Source: Escherichia phage SUT_E1620. From it: a stretch of 64,000 nucleotides of DNA. Below are positions 48,054 through 55,149 of the stretch, one piece after another. The notes beneath the pieces are model-generated. The model had not been told where the DNA came from. It ran no database searches and saw only the letters and a list, made by a program, of their open reading frames with translations. The first letter of the stretch is position 1; each line of letters starts with the position of its first letter. Made by a program: the position numbers and the translations under genes. Location: sequence record OQ939939, one strand, 5' to 3'.

Positions 48054-48350
48054 ATGAAACGCATTGTACTTGCATTGACTCTAGTATCTACTTCTGTATT
48101 TGCTGCTCCGCAACAGGAACTTTGTCAAGTTCAGGTTTGTAATAAGTTAGAACGATTTACTTTGGATATTTGGTCACACATTAAAGATAATATGGGTGAA
48201 CAGTGTTTTGATATTGTTCTGCCAAAAGAGCAGGCTGTTCCTGGTGCTGTTCTTAGCTCAGAGTCACGTTGGTGGCAGGGTTCTTCTATCAACCCAACTA
48301 AGAAGTCAGTGACACGTATCAAACAAGTATATCAGTGCAACGTTCAGTAA
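48054..48350 (+). CDS. Secreted small protein (signal peptide)
   Basis: 98 aa; N-terminal MKRIVLALTLVSTSVFAAPQ signal-peptide-like; RBS GAGAGAGG. Confidence 0.6.
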   Translation: MKRIVLALTLVSTSVFAAPQQELCQVQVCNKLERFTLDIWSHIKDNMGEQCFDIVLPKEQAVPGAVLSSESRWWQGSSINPTKKSVTRIKQVYQCNVQ

Positions 48351-48351
48351 A

Positions 48352-48398
48352 ATTTCACTTGCTTAATGCCGAAATTTTCTGTATAATATATTCATAAA
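48352..48398 (+). promoter_or_regulatory. Sigma70-type early promoter directly upstream of tRNA-Ser
   Basis: TTGCTT (48359-48364), N17, TATAAT (48382-48387); tRNA starts ~15 nt after -10. Confidence 0.75.
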
Positions 48399-48401
48399 TT
48401 T

Positions 48402-48492
48402 GGAAGATTAACCCTAAAGGTAAGGGAGCTGTTTGCTAAACAGCCAGTAGCTGTGGAGACACGGTGTGCCAGTTCGAATCTGGCATCTTCCT
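48402..48492 (+). tRNA. tRNA-Ser (anticodon GCT), long variable arm
   Basis: Acceptor GGAAGAT/ATCTTCC, anticodon stem-loop GCTGT-TTGCTAA-ACAGC, T-loop GCCAGTTCGAATCTGGC, CCA encoded. Confidence 0.75.
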
Positions 48493-48500
48493 CCAAATTT

Positions 48501-48575
48501 GGTTCTCAAGCTCATTTGGTATGAGCCGTCGCCTCATAAGCGAAAGGTAGGTAGGTTCGAATCCTCCGGGAGCCA
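48501..48575 (+). tRNA. tRNA with CAT anticodon (Met, fMet or Ile-lysidine)
   Basis: Acceptor GGTTCTC/GGGAGCC, anticodon loop CTCATAA, T-loop TTCGAAT, CCA encoded. Confidence 0.7.
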
Positions 48576-48595
48576 CCAATTAACTAGGAGACTAT

Positions 48596-48781
48596 ATGTC
48601 TAGATTCTATGAAATGAAGAAAGCATTAGAAGAATGTCGGTGTAAGGATTGTCATGGTGGTGGTAGGCAGGATGATGCAGAACCTGGGGATATTTTCTAT
48701 AGAGAATGGGAATGTCCTACATGTAAAGGTACTGGTATCAACCCTGAATATGCAATTTGTCTAGACATTGAGCGAGGCTAA
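48596..48781 (+). CDS. Small zinc-ribbon protein (61 aa)
   Basis: CxCxxC...CPTC cysteine pairs; RBS AGGAG. Confidence 0.5.
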   Translation: MSRFYEMKKALEECRCKDCHGGGRQDDAEPGDIFYREWECPTCKGTGINPEYAICLDIERG

Positions 48782-48782
48782 G

Positions 48783-49121
48783 ATGGATATTTTTACTACT
48801 CCGGCAATAAACCTTTTAGGTGTTGGCTTGTTCCAAGCTACGGTGTATCGTACTGATGATTCTACTGATGTGGTAACGTTCATCGTACCTGAGTTCTTCC
48901 TAGAAAAGTTCTTTGAAGAGTTTGAGCAGTTCCGTGAAGAACACAATGCTCATTCCGATATGGAAGATCTAGCAGCTATGTTCCCTGCGGTTTACGGCTA
49001 TATCTTTGAAGGTAATGGCCTAGATCTTAATAAATCTGAACTCGTTGAACTTAACTGGGGCATCAATTTTGAAGTTGGCTCTCCATTCCCTCGATATTTC
49101 CAGGGTTTAGAGATTCGCTAA
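48783..49121 (+). CDS. Hypothetical acidic protein (~112 aa)
   Basis: ATG (MDIFTT) immediately after upstream stop; acidic composition. Confidence 0.55.
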   Translation: MDIFTTPAINLLGVGLFQATVYRTDDSTDVVTFIVPEFFLEKFFEEFEQFREEHNAHSDMEDLAAMFPAVYGYIFEGNGLDLNKSELVELNWGINFEVGSPFPRYFQGLEIR

Positions 49122-49129
49122 GATTACAT

Positions 49130-49203
49130 GGGGGTGTAATCGAATTGGCATAGGTACTGGACTTAAAATTCAGGTTTTGTGGGTTCGAATCCCACCACCC
49201 CTA
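49130..49203 (+). tRNA. tRNA with TAA anticodon (Leu-type decoding UUA) but short variable loop
   Basis: Acceptor GGGGGTG/CACCCCT, anticodon stem-loop CTGGA-CTTAAAA-TTCAG, T-loop GTGGGTTCGAATCCCAC, A73, CCA. Confidence 0.6.
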
Positions 49204-49357
49204 CCAAATTAAGGAAATAAAATGAAAGCTATTAAGAAAGCACTACGTAAATTTATGTACTGTCGTTTTCATAGCATCAAGGCTTCAACTAATGGTACGA
49301 CTTACGATCGCTATGATCCTAAGTTTGGCTTACATTCTAAATAACTGGAGATAATAA

Positions 49358-49564
49358 ATGGCTAATCCTGAAATTACGGCACAACGCTTTATGCTGAAAG
49401 GAATTATTGCTGAAGCAGGCATGACAGAAGAAGTTGCAGATTTTCAAAAGCAGTTCCTAAATATTCTCACTCAAGCCAAAGAGCTAGGAGAGAAAGAACA
49501 TGGCGCGGCTATTATGGCAATCACATTGGTTGGGCTTGATCTGGCAGAAGAATCAGGAGTTTAA
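49358..49564 (+). CDS. Hypothetical protein (68 aa)
   Basis: Six-frame ORF with RBS GGAGATAA. Confidence 0.5.
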   Translation: MANPEITAQRFMLKGIIAEAGMTEEVADFQKQFLNILTQAKELGEKEHGAAIMAITLVGLDLAEESGV

Positions 49565-49577
49565 CTCCTCCAAGCAG

Positions 49578-49625
49578 AAATTTTAAAAATGTACTTGCTT
49601 TTTACTTAAGATTTCTGCTATAATA
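49578..49625 (+). promoter_or_regulatory. Sigma70-type early promoter
   Basis: TTGCTT (49595-49600), N18, TATAAT (49619-49624). Confidence 0.65.
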
Positions 49626-49654
49626 GTTATATAAATTGATGAAGGAGTTAACGA

Positions 49655-49930
49655 ATGTCAAAACGTGTTACTGCAACTGGTGTTGAAAGTGCTGTTTGTA
49701 AATCCTGGGGTGGCTGGGAAGGTGAGATTGAATGGCTTTATTTCTACGATGTAGAACTTCTGCCGGAAGTCAAAGCTAAATGTGTGGAAGCTGGTATGGC
49801 TCCTGATGCAAAGGCTGATATCGAAATCACCATGACTAAGCTAGAAGGTCGTGTAATTACGCTCAATGATGATTATGAAGAAGTGTTCGAGCTTCCATTC
49901 AAACTGAGTGTCACTCCTAGCTTCGAGTAA
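49655..49930 (+). CDS. Hypothetical acidic protein (91 aa)
   Basis: ORF after promoter with RBS GAAGGAG. Confidence 0.55.
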   Translation: MSKRVTATGVESAVCKSWGGWEGEIEWLYFYDVELLPEVKAKCVEAGMAPDAKADIEITMTKLEGRVITLNDDYEEVFELPFKLSVTPSFE

Positions 49931-49957
49931 CTGATATAGCACTGAGCAAGTTCTTTA

Positions 49958-50000
49958 AAATTTGACTTGCTCAGTCCTTCAAAACTTGATATAATATTTA
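49958..50000 (+). promoter_or_regulatory. Sigma70-type early promoter upstream of tRNA cluster
   Basis: TTGCTC (49967-49972), N17, TATAAT (49990-49995). Confidence 0.65.
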
Positions 50001-50118
50001 TCTAATTTGGAAACATATCTGAATGAGAAGTAATTAAGCGAGTTGCTTTTAGGGGTAAAGTCAGGAAATCCTGAAATATTCCACCTTGAGTTTAACCGAC
50101 TTACTTTTCATTCAAATA

Positions 50119-50196
50119 TGGGGGATTGGCTCAGTGGCGACGGCGCCTGGCTGTAGACCGGGTATATCACGCGGAGGTTCGAGTCCTCCATCCCCC
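50119..50196 (+). tRNA. tRNA-Tyr (anticodon GTA)
   Basis: Acceptor GGGGGAT/ATCCCCC, anticodon stem-loop CCTGG-CTGTAGA-CCGGG, extended variable region, T-loop GGAGGTTCGAGTCCTCC, CCA. Confidence 0.7.
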
Positions 50197-50207
50197 ACCA
50201 AATTTAA

Positions 50208-50279
50208 TGCACCTATCGTCTAATGGTTAGGACATCAGGATTTCAATCTGAGAATCGGAGTTCAATTCTCCGTGGGTGT
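50208..50279 (+). tRNA. tRNA-Glu (anticodon TTC), isotype tentative
   Basis: Acceptor GCACCTA/TGGGTGT, anticodon stem-loop TCAGG-ATTTCAA-TCTGA, T-loop CGGAGTTCAATTCTCCG, GCCA end. Confidence 0.6.
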
Positions 50280-50291
50280 GCCAATTAATAA

Positions 50292-50359
50292 TTGGGGTAC
50301 GCATAGGTTGCTAGTGGGCCTCCAAAACCCATGAAAAGGTTTCGAATACCTTTACCCCT
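50292..50359 (+). tRNA. tRNA-Trp (anticodon CCA), 5' boundary uncertain
   Basis: Anticodon loop CTCCAAA, T-arm AAGGTTTCGAATACCTT, 3' TACCCCT-G-CCA; short D-arm, position-1 mismatch. Confidence 0.5.
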
Positions 50360-50377
50360 GCCAGATAAGAAAATAGT

Positions 50378-50941
50378 ATGTTTAAGACAATACCTGAATT
50401 TCCTATGTATAAAATTTCTGAAACAGGCAAAGTTTACTCATTGCATGTTAACAGAGAAATAGCTACTTATCTTAACAATAAAGGTTATCCATGTGTTAAG
50501 CTAAGTAAAAATGGTGTTGAGCATACTCTTTTAATATCTAGACTATTATGCAGAGTATTTAAAGATTTAGAAGATCTTTATTCCTCTAAAGAAGTAGACC
50601 ATAAAGATAGAAATCCGGCAAATTTTGAACTAAGCAACCTACAAGTTCTTAGTAAAGAAGAGCACGTAATAAAAACATGTTCTGATAACAATATTAGTAG
50701 AAGAACGGATGTTTGTCCTATTTGTGGTGATACTAAGCATAAATCCTCAAAAGCCTGCTTAAAGTGTACTGCTTCGGCTAGGATTAAGAGTAGAGATATT
50801 ACAAAAGAAGATATAGAGTATTGGGTACGAAACTTCTCCTGGGCTAGAGCTTCAAGAGAACTTGGACTATCTGATAATGGACTCCGAAAGAGATATAAGG
50901 CTCTTGGGGGAGACCCTAAAAATATTTGCACCTTTAGCTGA
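50378..50941 (+). CDS. HNH homing endonuclease with C-terminal DNA-binding module
   Basis: HNH core (EVDHKDRNPANFELSNL), Cys cluster, C-terminal LSDNGLRKRYKALGG shared with ORF 52201..52782. Confidence 0.75.
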   Translation: MFKTIPEFPMYKISETGKVYSLHVNREIATYLNNKGYPCVKLSKNGVEHTLLISRLLCRVFKDLEDLYSSKEVDHKDRNPANFELSNLQVLSKEEHVIKTCSDNNISRRTDVCPICGDTKHKSSKACLKCTASARIKSRDITKEDIEYWVRNFSWARASRELGLSDNGLRKRYKALGGDPKNICTFS

Positions 50942-50999
50942 GATGGATTAGCGCTTGCCTGAAGAGCTTGAGAGGTTGGATCGTTACCAACGGGGTGCA
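50928..50999 (+). tRNA. Candidate tRNA-Phe (anticodon GAA) with non-canonical T-loop and weak anticodon stem
   Basis: 7/7 acceptor pairing GCACCTT/GGGGTGC, D-stem GCTG/TAGC, anticodon loop CTGAAGA, T-stem GTTGG/CCAAC with loop ATCGTTA (54/58 swapped), A73-CCA; anticodon stem has two U-U mismatches. Confidence 0.45.
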
Positions 51000-51019
51000 C
51001 CAATTTGAAGGAGATGCTG

Positions 51020-51292
51020 ATGCATCCTGAAAACTTCTTTATTTACTGTGCGGATAAGTCGCTGAAACGTAGAATTAACAAAGTCTATCATTATCGTGCC
51101 AGTCAACAGCCTTATGTTTACGCTTTTGACGGAGATCACATTCCACTAGATCAATTAGCGTGTGATTACATGGTATTGAAGAACTTTGATGAGACAAAGA
51201 TCTCAAGCGTTCATAATCGACAGAATCCACTAACGTGGAAGTATAAGAAGAAAAAGAAAGGCATCATATTTCTGAAAAATGTAGTTGCTTAA
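51020..51292 (+). CDS. Hypothetical protein (~90 aa)
   Basis: ATG after AAGGAG RBS (track ORF starts at upstream TTG). Confidence 0.5.
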   Translation: MHPENFFIYCADKSLKRRINKVYHYRASQQPYVYAFDGDHIPLDQLACDYMVLKNFDETKISSVHNRQNPLTWKYKKKKKGIIFLKNVVA

Positions 51293-51320
51293 CCGCTTAA
51301 AGTTCTGTATAATTATTACA
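51280..51320 (+). promoter_or_regulatory. Sigma70-type early promoter
   Basis: TTGCTT (51285-51290), N16, TATAAT (51307-51312). Confidence 0.6.
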
Positions 51321-51342
51321 TAAATTGAACTGGAGAAGCAAC

Positions 51343-51567
51343 ATGACTGAACAAGAACTGAAAGAACGTAAGCTGGTAATGCTTCGTTTACTAAACATTT
51401 TCTCTGGTATGGATGGTGGAATTGACTTCATTAATCTACGTTGCTTTGTAGAAGAAGCAGAAGGCGAATCTATCACTAAAATTCTTAAACATATGGGATT
51501 ACTTTTAGATGCTGCTGGTGTAGCTACTGAATATAAACTAGAAGATTTGCCGGAGCGTGTTAAATGA
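51343..51567 (+). CDS. Hypothetical protein (~74 aa)
   Basis: ATG (MTEQELK) after GGAGAAG RBS; track start 51325 lies at the transcription start. Confidence 0.5.
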   Translation: MTEQELKERKLVMLRLLNIFSGMDGGIDFINLRCFVEEAEGESITKILKHMGLLLDAAGVATEYKLEDLPERVK

Positions 51568-51755
51568 AAAAGTTAGTCAAATTTAAGTGTTGTGGTTCTG
51601 AACATATCTTCACACGTTTGCGTGAATTTAAAATGTGTAAGTGTGGTAAATCAGGCTATGATGCTGGAGACGGTTATTACTCCCGTACTCTAGGAGATTT
51701 CAACGATTTAGAATTCGTTGATCTCGAAAAACAAGATAAATCGACCGTTGGCTGA
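51564..51755 (+). CDS. Small Cys-rich protein (63 aa)
   Basis: CCGSEH...CKCGKSG zinc-ribbon-like; 3' end overlaps tRNA-Cys. Confidence 0.5.
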   Translation: MKKLVKFKCCGSEHIFTRLREFKMCKCGKSGYDAGDGYYSRTLGDFNDLEFVDLEKQDKSTVG

Positions 51756-51814
51756 ATGGCTTAGGCGGAGGCCTGCAAAACCTCCTTATGTGAGTTCGAA
51801 TCTCATGCGGTCGT
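51742..51814 (+). tRNA. tRNA-Cys (anticodon GCA)
   Basis: Acceptor CGACCGT/GCGGTCG, anticodon stem-loop GAGGC-CTGCAAA-ACCTC, T-loop GTGAGTTCGAATCTCAT, T73, CCA. Confidence 0.7.
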
Positions 51815-51825
51815 CCAAATTTTTA

Positions 51826-51905
51826 GGGTCGTTAGCCAAGCGGTTTGGCGGTGGACTGTTAATCCATGTCGAAAGACAACGTAGGTTCGAATCCTACACG
51901 GCCCG
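51826..51905 (+). tRNA. tRNA with GTT (Asn) anticodon and a 13-nt hairpin variable arm
   Basis: Acceptor GGGTCGT/ACGGCCC, D-stem GCCA/TGGC, anticodon stem-loop GTGGA-CTGTTAA-TCCAT, variable arm GTCGAAAGACAAC, T-loop GTAGGTTCGAATCCTAC, G73, CCA. Confidence 0.6.
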
Positions 51906-52011
51906 CCATATTCTGTGTAGAGTTAAGTAAACCGGTAGCCAACCAGTTATCATTGCTGATATCGAATTCAGTCACAGATACCATTTTTCATTAACAACTG
52001 AGGAAATAGAT

Positions 52012-52197
52012 ATGACAACTCGTGCAATTGCTCGACTAGAAGCTGATCGTGATAGTCTGATTAATAATATTAAGGTTCGTGATAATATTATTAAGGCTCT
52101 GAAAGCTGAACTTCTTGAAGAACTTCAAGGTCAAGTAGAGCGTCGTGAAGCTCTAAAAGAGGTTGAGGAAGCTATCGAAAAACTCAAAGCTGAGTAA
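52012..52197 (+). CDS. Small coiled-coil protein (61 aa)
   Basis: ORF with RBS GAGGAAATAG. Confidence 0.5.
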   Translation: MTTRAIARLEADRDSLINNIKVRDNIIKALKAELLEELQGQVERREALKEVEEAIEKLKAE

Positions 52198-52200
52198 ATT

Positions 52201-52782
52201 ATGCACGGAATATCCTTACCCATTCCAGGGTTTGAGGAGTACTTAGTAAGTTTGGATGGGTTAGTATTTAGTATCAAATCAAACAAAATACTAACCCCAA
52301 TAACCAGTAATTACGGATACTTATCTATACGTCTCCATAAAAATGGTCAACAGAGAAATACCGGTGTACATAGGATTTTAGCATGTGCATTTAAGAAATT
52401 ACCAAGTCTAGACTCTGAACTAGAAGTTGACCATATTAACACAGACATTACTTATTGGGGTCTTAATAACTTACAAGTGCTCACAAAAGAGCAGCATCTA
52501 GAAAAGACTTTAAAAGATAAAGGATTTAGTAAACTAAACCATGATAATTGTTGTAAGGATTGTGGTAAAGCTATTTCTTTAAAAGCTGAAAAATGTCAGG
52601 AGTGCTCTTCACATAAACCAAAAGATATCTCTATAACTAAAGAAATAATCGAGGTTACAGTAAGAGAGCTAGGCTGGTCAGGTGCAGGGAGAAAGTTAAG
52701 TTATTCAGATAATGGGTTGCGTAAAAGATACACTTCTTTAGGAGGCAATCCTAAAGAACTTAAAAAGTTAAAGGTACTATAG
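52201..52782 (+). CDS. HNH homing endonuclease (paralog of 50378..50941)
   Basis: HNH core (EVDHINTDITYWGLNNL), Cys cluster, C-terminal LSYSDNGLRKRYTSLGG. Confidence 0.75.
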   Translation: MHGISLPIPGFEEYLVSLDGLVFSIKSNKILTPITSNYGYLSIRLHKNGQQRNTGVHRILACAFKKLPSLDSELEVDHINTDITYWGLNNLQVLTKEQHLEKTLKDKGFSKLNHDNCCKDCGKAISLKAEKCQECSSHKPKDISITKEIIEVTVRELGWSGAGRKLSYSDNGLRKRYTSLGGNPKELKKLKVL

Positions 52783-52844
52783 TCTAACGGTTAGGATACT
52801 CCCCTGTCACGGGAGAGGTAGGGTTTCGATTACCCTTAGTACCG
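52773..52844 (+). tRNA. tRNA-Asp (anticodon GTC)
   Basis: Acceptor GGTACTA/TAGTACC, anticodon stem-loop CTCCC-CTGTCAC-GGGAG, T-loop AGGGTTTCGATTACCCT, G73, CCA; first 10 nt overlap HNH gene stop. Confidence 0.75.
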
Positions 52845-52853
52845 CCAAATTAT

Positions 52854-52926
52854 ACATCCATAGCTCAATGGTTAGAGCTACCGCCTCTTAAGCGGAGGGT
52901 TCTAGGTTCAAGTCCTAGTGGGTGTA
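52854..52926 (+). tRNA. tRNA-Lys (anticodon CTT)
   Basis: Acceptor ACATCCA/TGGGTGT, D-stem GCTC/GAGC, anticodon loop CTCTTAA, T-loop CTAGGTTCAAGTCCTAG, A73, CCA. Confidence 0.65.
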
Positions 52927-53141
52927 CCAAACATCAGAGCAGCGTGATGTACTGCAAAGACCCAAAGTCCGGGGGGACTTCTTGATTCAAAGGAGCAGGC
53001 ATTAATTATCATTCTAGCGTGGTGGAGAGGGGACACCAGCTTGCCGAGGGTAGAAGCTCGTTCGATTCGAGTGAAAGAATGGTTCTCGTAAATCCGCACA
53101 AGTGATAGCAGGTTCAAGTCCTGCCTAGATTGACTTATTAT

Positions 53142-53212
53142 GCGTTCGTAGTTAAAAGGTATAATTTTTGGTTGCCAACCAGAAGTTGAGGGTTCGATTC
53201 CCTCCGACCGCA
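53142..53212 (+). tRNA. tRNA-Gly (anticodon GCC)
   Basis: Acceptor GCGTTCG/CGACCGC (one mismatch), anticodon stem-loop TTTGG-TTGCCAA-CCAGA, 4-nt variable loop, T-loop GAGGGTTCGATTCCCTC, A73, CCA. Confidence 0.65.
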
Positions 53213-53459
53213 CCAAATTTAGGTTTCTGCTTCCTAGAGAACGGACTCCTAGATAAACAAGGCGATGAGTTTCCGGCCGGTTCTAGTCGCTGAAAATCCT
53301 CCCGACCAGGTAGGTGTAGGTAAACGAAAGTTTACTTATTGAGTAGGTTCCGATAGATCGGCGGATCTATTCTGGCATTTAAGAGAAGTCTCGCAAACTT
53401 CTTTGTCAGCAGAGCGTTTGAAGCGTGAGGTGGCCTACACAATAAGTAAATTTATTAAA

Positions 53460-53505
53460 AACTCATTTGCTATTTCACTTAATTCTCTGTATAATATATC
53501 TTATA
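53460..53505 (+). promoter_or_regulatory. Sigma70-type early promoter upstream of tRNA-Pro
   Basis: TTGCTA (53466-53471), N18, TATAAT (53490-53495). Confidence 0.7.
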
Positions 53506-53527
53506 AAGTGAGTTAACAAAGAATATT

Positions 53528-53602
53528 CTCCGTGTAGCTCAGTTTGGCCAGAGCGTTCCGTTTGGGGCGGTAGGGTCGGGGGTTCAAATCCTCCCACGGA
53601 GA
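53528..53602 (+). tRNA. tRNA-Pro (anticodon TGG)
   Basis: Acceptor CTCCGTG/CACGGAG, D-stem GCTC/GAGC, anticodon loop TTTGGGG, T-loop GGGGGTTCAAATCCTCC, A73, CCA. Confidence 0.75.
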
Positions 53603-53611
53603 CCAAACAAT

Positions 53612-53686
53612 TGCGGGTTAGATCTCTGGTAGAGATCGCTAGTCTCATAAGCTAGAAAGAGGTAGGTTCGATTCCTACACCCGCTT
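53612..53686 (+). tRNA. tRNA with CAT anticodon (Met, fMet or Ile-lysidine)
   Basis: Anticodon stem-loop CTAGT-CTCATAA-GCTAG, T-loop GTAGGTTCGATTCCTAC, 3' ACCCGCT-T-CCA; 1:72 U-U mismatch. Confidence 0.65.
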
Positions 53687-53710
53687 CCAATTTAATAGAA
53701 GGATTTCGAA

Positions 53711-53874
53711 ATGAAATTATTTCGTTTAAAAGTAAGTGACCTGCGATCTAGCAAAGATCGTAAGAAGTATCCACTAGCCCATTACGGTAAAGATGAAAAC
53801 GAAGTGATGGCGGAATTTGGTATTAATCATCCTTACTTGAAAGTCTACTCTATTAAGGAAGTCTATGCTAATTA
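53711..53874 (+). CDS. Small hypothetical protein (~54 aa)
   Basis: ATG after AAGGA RBS; below track size cut-off; stop overlaps next ORF start. Confidence 0.35.
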
Positions 53875-54338
53875 ATAAAGTTTTAGCTGCCTTAAACCTT
53901 CCTGATAACTTCATTATAGATGATAAGCTCATAAGAGCTTATATGAGCAAATATAACGAAATTTCGGGTAAAGAAGGTAAGTTAAAAACTTCAGAGTTTA
54001 GATTCTGTTATCGAATGGCAGCCTTAAATCTCTTAAAGTATAAAAGGGAGCATAAAATACCTATAACGGAAGGTTTTGTATATGTAATTGGTAATCCAGC
54101 ATGGCCAGGCATGTATAAAATAGGTATGACTATAGATGTGAATGAGAGGTTAGCAAGTTATCAAACTTATTCACCTAATAGAGACTACAAGCTATACCAT
54201 TTCAGATTTTCGTCGGATAAAAGACGTACAGAGAAAGAATTACATAATCTTCTTAAAGATTATAGAGTATCTGGAGAGTGGTTTGAAGTACCTATACTAG
54301 ATGCTTTTAAATTATTAGTAGAAAAATTGGATTGCTAG
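53865..54338 (+). CDS. T5orf172-domain (GIY-YIG-related) protein
   Basis: Core GFVYVIGNPAWPGMYKIGMTIDVNERL; 3' end overlaps tRNA-Lys. Confidence 0.6.
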   Translation: MLINKVLAALNLPDNFIIDDKLIRAYMSKYNEISGKEGKLKTSEFRFCYRMAALNLLKYKREHKIPITEGFVYVIGNPAWPGMYKIGMTIDVNERLASYQTYSPNRDYKLYHFRFSSDKRRTEKELHNLLKDYRVSGEWFEVPILDAFKLLVEKLDC

Positions 54339-54403
54339 CTCAACTGGATAAGAGTAGCGGACCTTTAATCCGTCAGTTCTGGGTTCGAATCCCAGGCAAT
54401 CCA
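54329..54403 (+). tRNA. tRNA-Lys (anticodon TTT)
   Basis: Acceptor GGATTGC/GCAATCC, anticodon stem-loop GCGGA-CCTTTAA-TCCGT, T-loop CTGGGTTCGAATCCCAG, A73, CCA; first 10 nt overlap upstream ORF end. Confidence 0.7.
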
Positions 54404-54410
54404 CCAAACT

Positions 54411-54481
54411 GCTCGGTTAGTTTAATGGGAGAACCCCGTCTTTACACGGCGGTTGCGATAGTTCGATTCTATCACCGAGTA
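54411..54481 (+). tRNA. tRNA-Val (anticodon TAC)
   Basis: Acceptor GCTCGGT/ACCGAGT, D-stem GTTT/GAAC, anticodon stem-loop CCGTC-TTTACAC-GGCGG, T-loop GATAGTTCGATTCTATC, A73, CCA. Confidence 0.7.
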
Positions 54482-54503
54482 CCAATTAACTCAAAATAAG
54501 GAA

Positions 54504-54866
54504 TTGCAAATGCAATTATCAAGCAAGGTTCAAGGCTATTTCGGTCATGTAACAATGGAGTTCGCTATCTCTAAAGGTTGGGATTTCGAGCAAGATCTAG
54601 CTGAGTTCTACAAAGATATTGATCTGAACGTACCATACATGGGACTCTCCACTGGTCAAGTGATCACAGAAGGCGATGTGTTCAAGGCAAGTCAAGGTGA
54701 GGTAACACCTAGTTTTGCCAAGTTCTGGTTAGGACTTACTTTGAAGGAAGATGCACCAGAGGATGGTGTGGTTATACAGAGTATGCACTCTGGAAGCTCT
54801 GATTACTACCTTTTCGTTAGCGACGTTAAGGAACTACAAGAAATCGCTAAAAATGTACTTGCTTGA
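54504..54866 (+). CDS. Hypothetical protein (120 aa)
   Basis: ORF with RBS AAGGAATTG. Confidence 0.55.
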   Translation: MQMQLSSKVQGYFGHVTMEFAISKGWDFEQDLAEFYKDIDLNVPYMGLSTGQVITEGDVFKASQGEVTPSFAKFWLGLTLKEDAPEDGVVIQSMHSGSSDYYLFVSDVKELQEIAKNVLA

Positions 54867-54900
54867 TGCTTAATTTCTTGTTATAATATTTATATAAATT
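54855..54900 (+). promoter_or_regulatory. Sigma70-type early promoter (overlaps 3' end of upstream ORF)
   Basis: TTGCTT (54859-54864), N17, TATAAT (54882-54887), ATAAATTGATGAGGAG box; ~250-nt untranslated leader before tRNA-Ala. Confidence 0.7.
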
Positions 54901-55149
54901 GATGAGGAGAAATCCTCATCAAAGTTCACTAAGGTATTAGCTCGACCTAGGACTGGCTGCCAAAAAGCACAATTGCAATTAGACCCCTAATGGCGGGGGA
55001 TACTTTGCAATAAGTTCTAGATTAGTCCACTAGATTCAGCGGCAACTGAATAGTGTATCGGGTTTGTGAAGAGCGGTTATCCTCTACTGGCTAATGTCTG
55101 AGGGTAATACGCACACCGAGCTAATAGCCTTAGTAAACTTAAAGATTTT

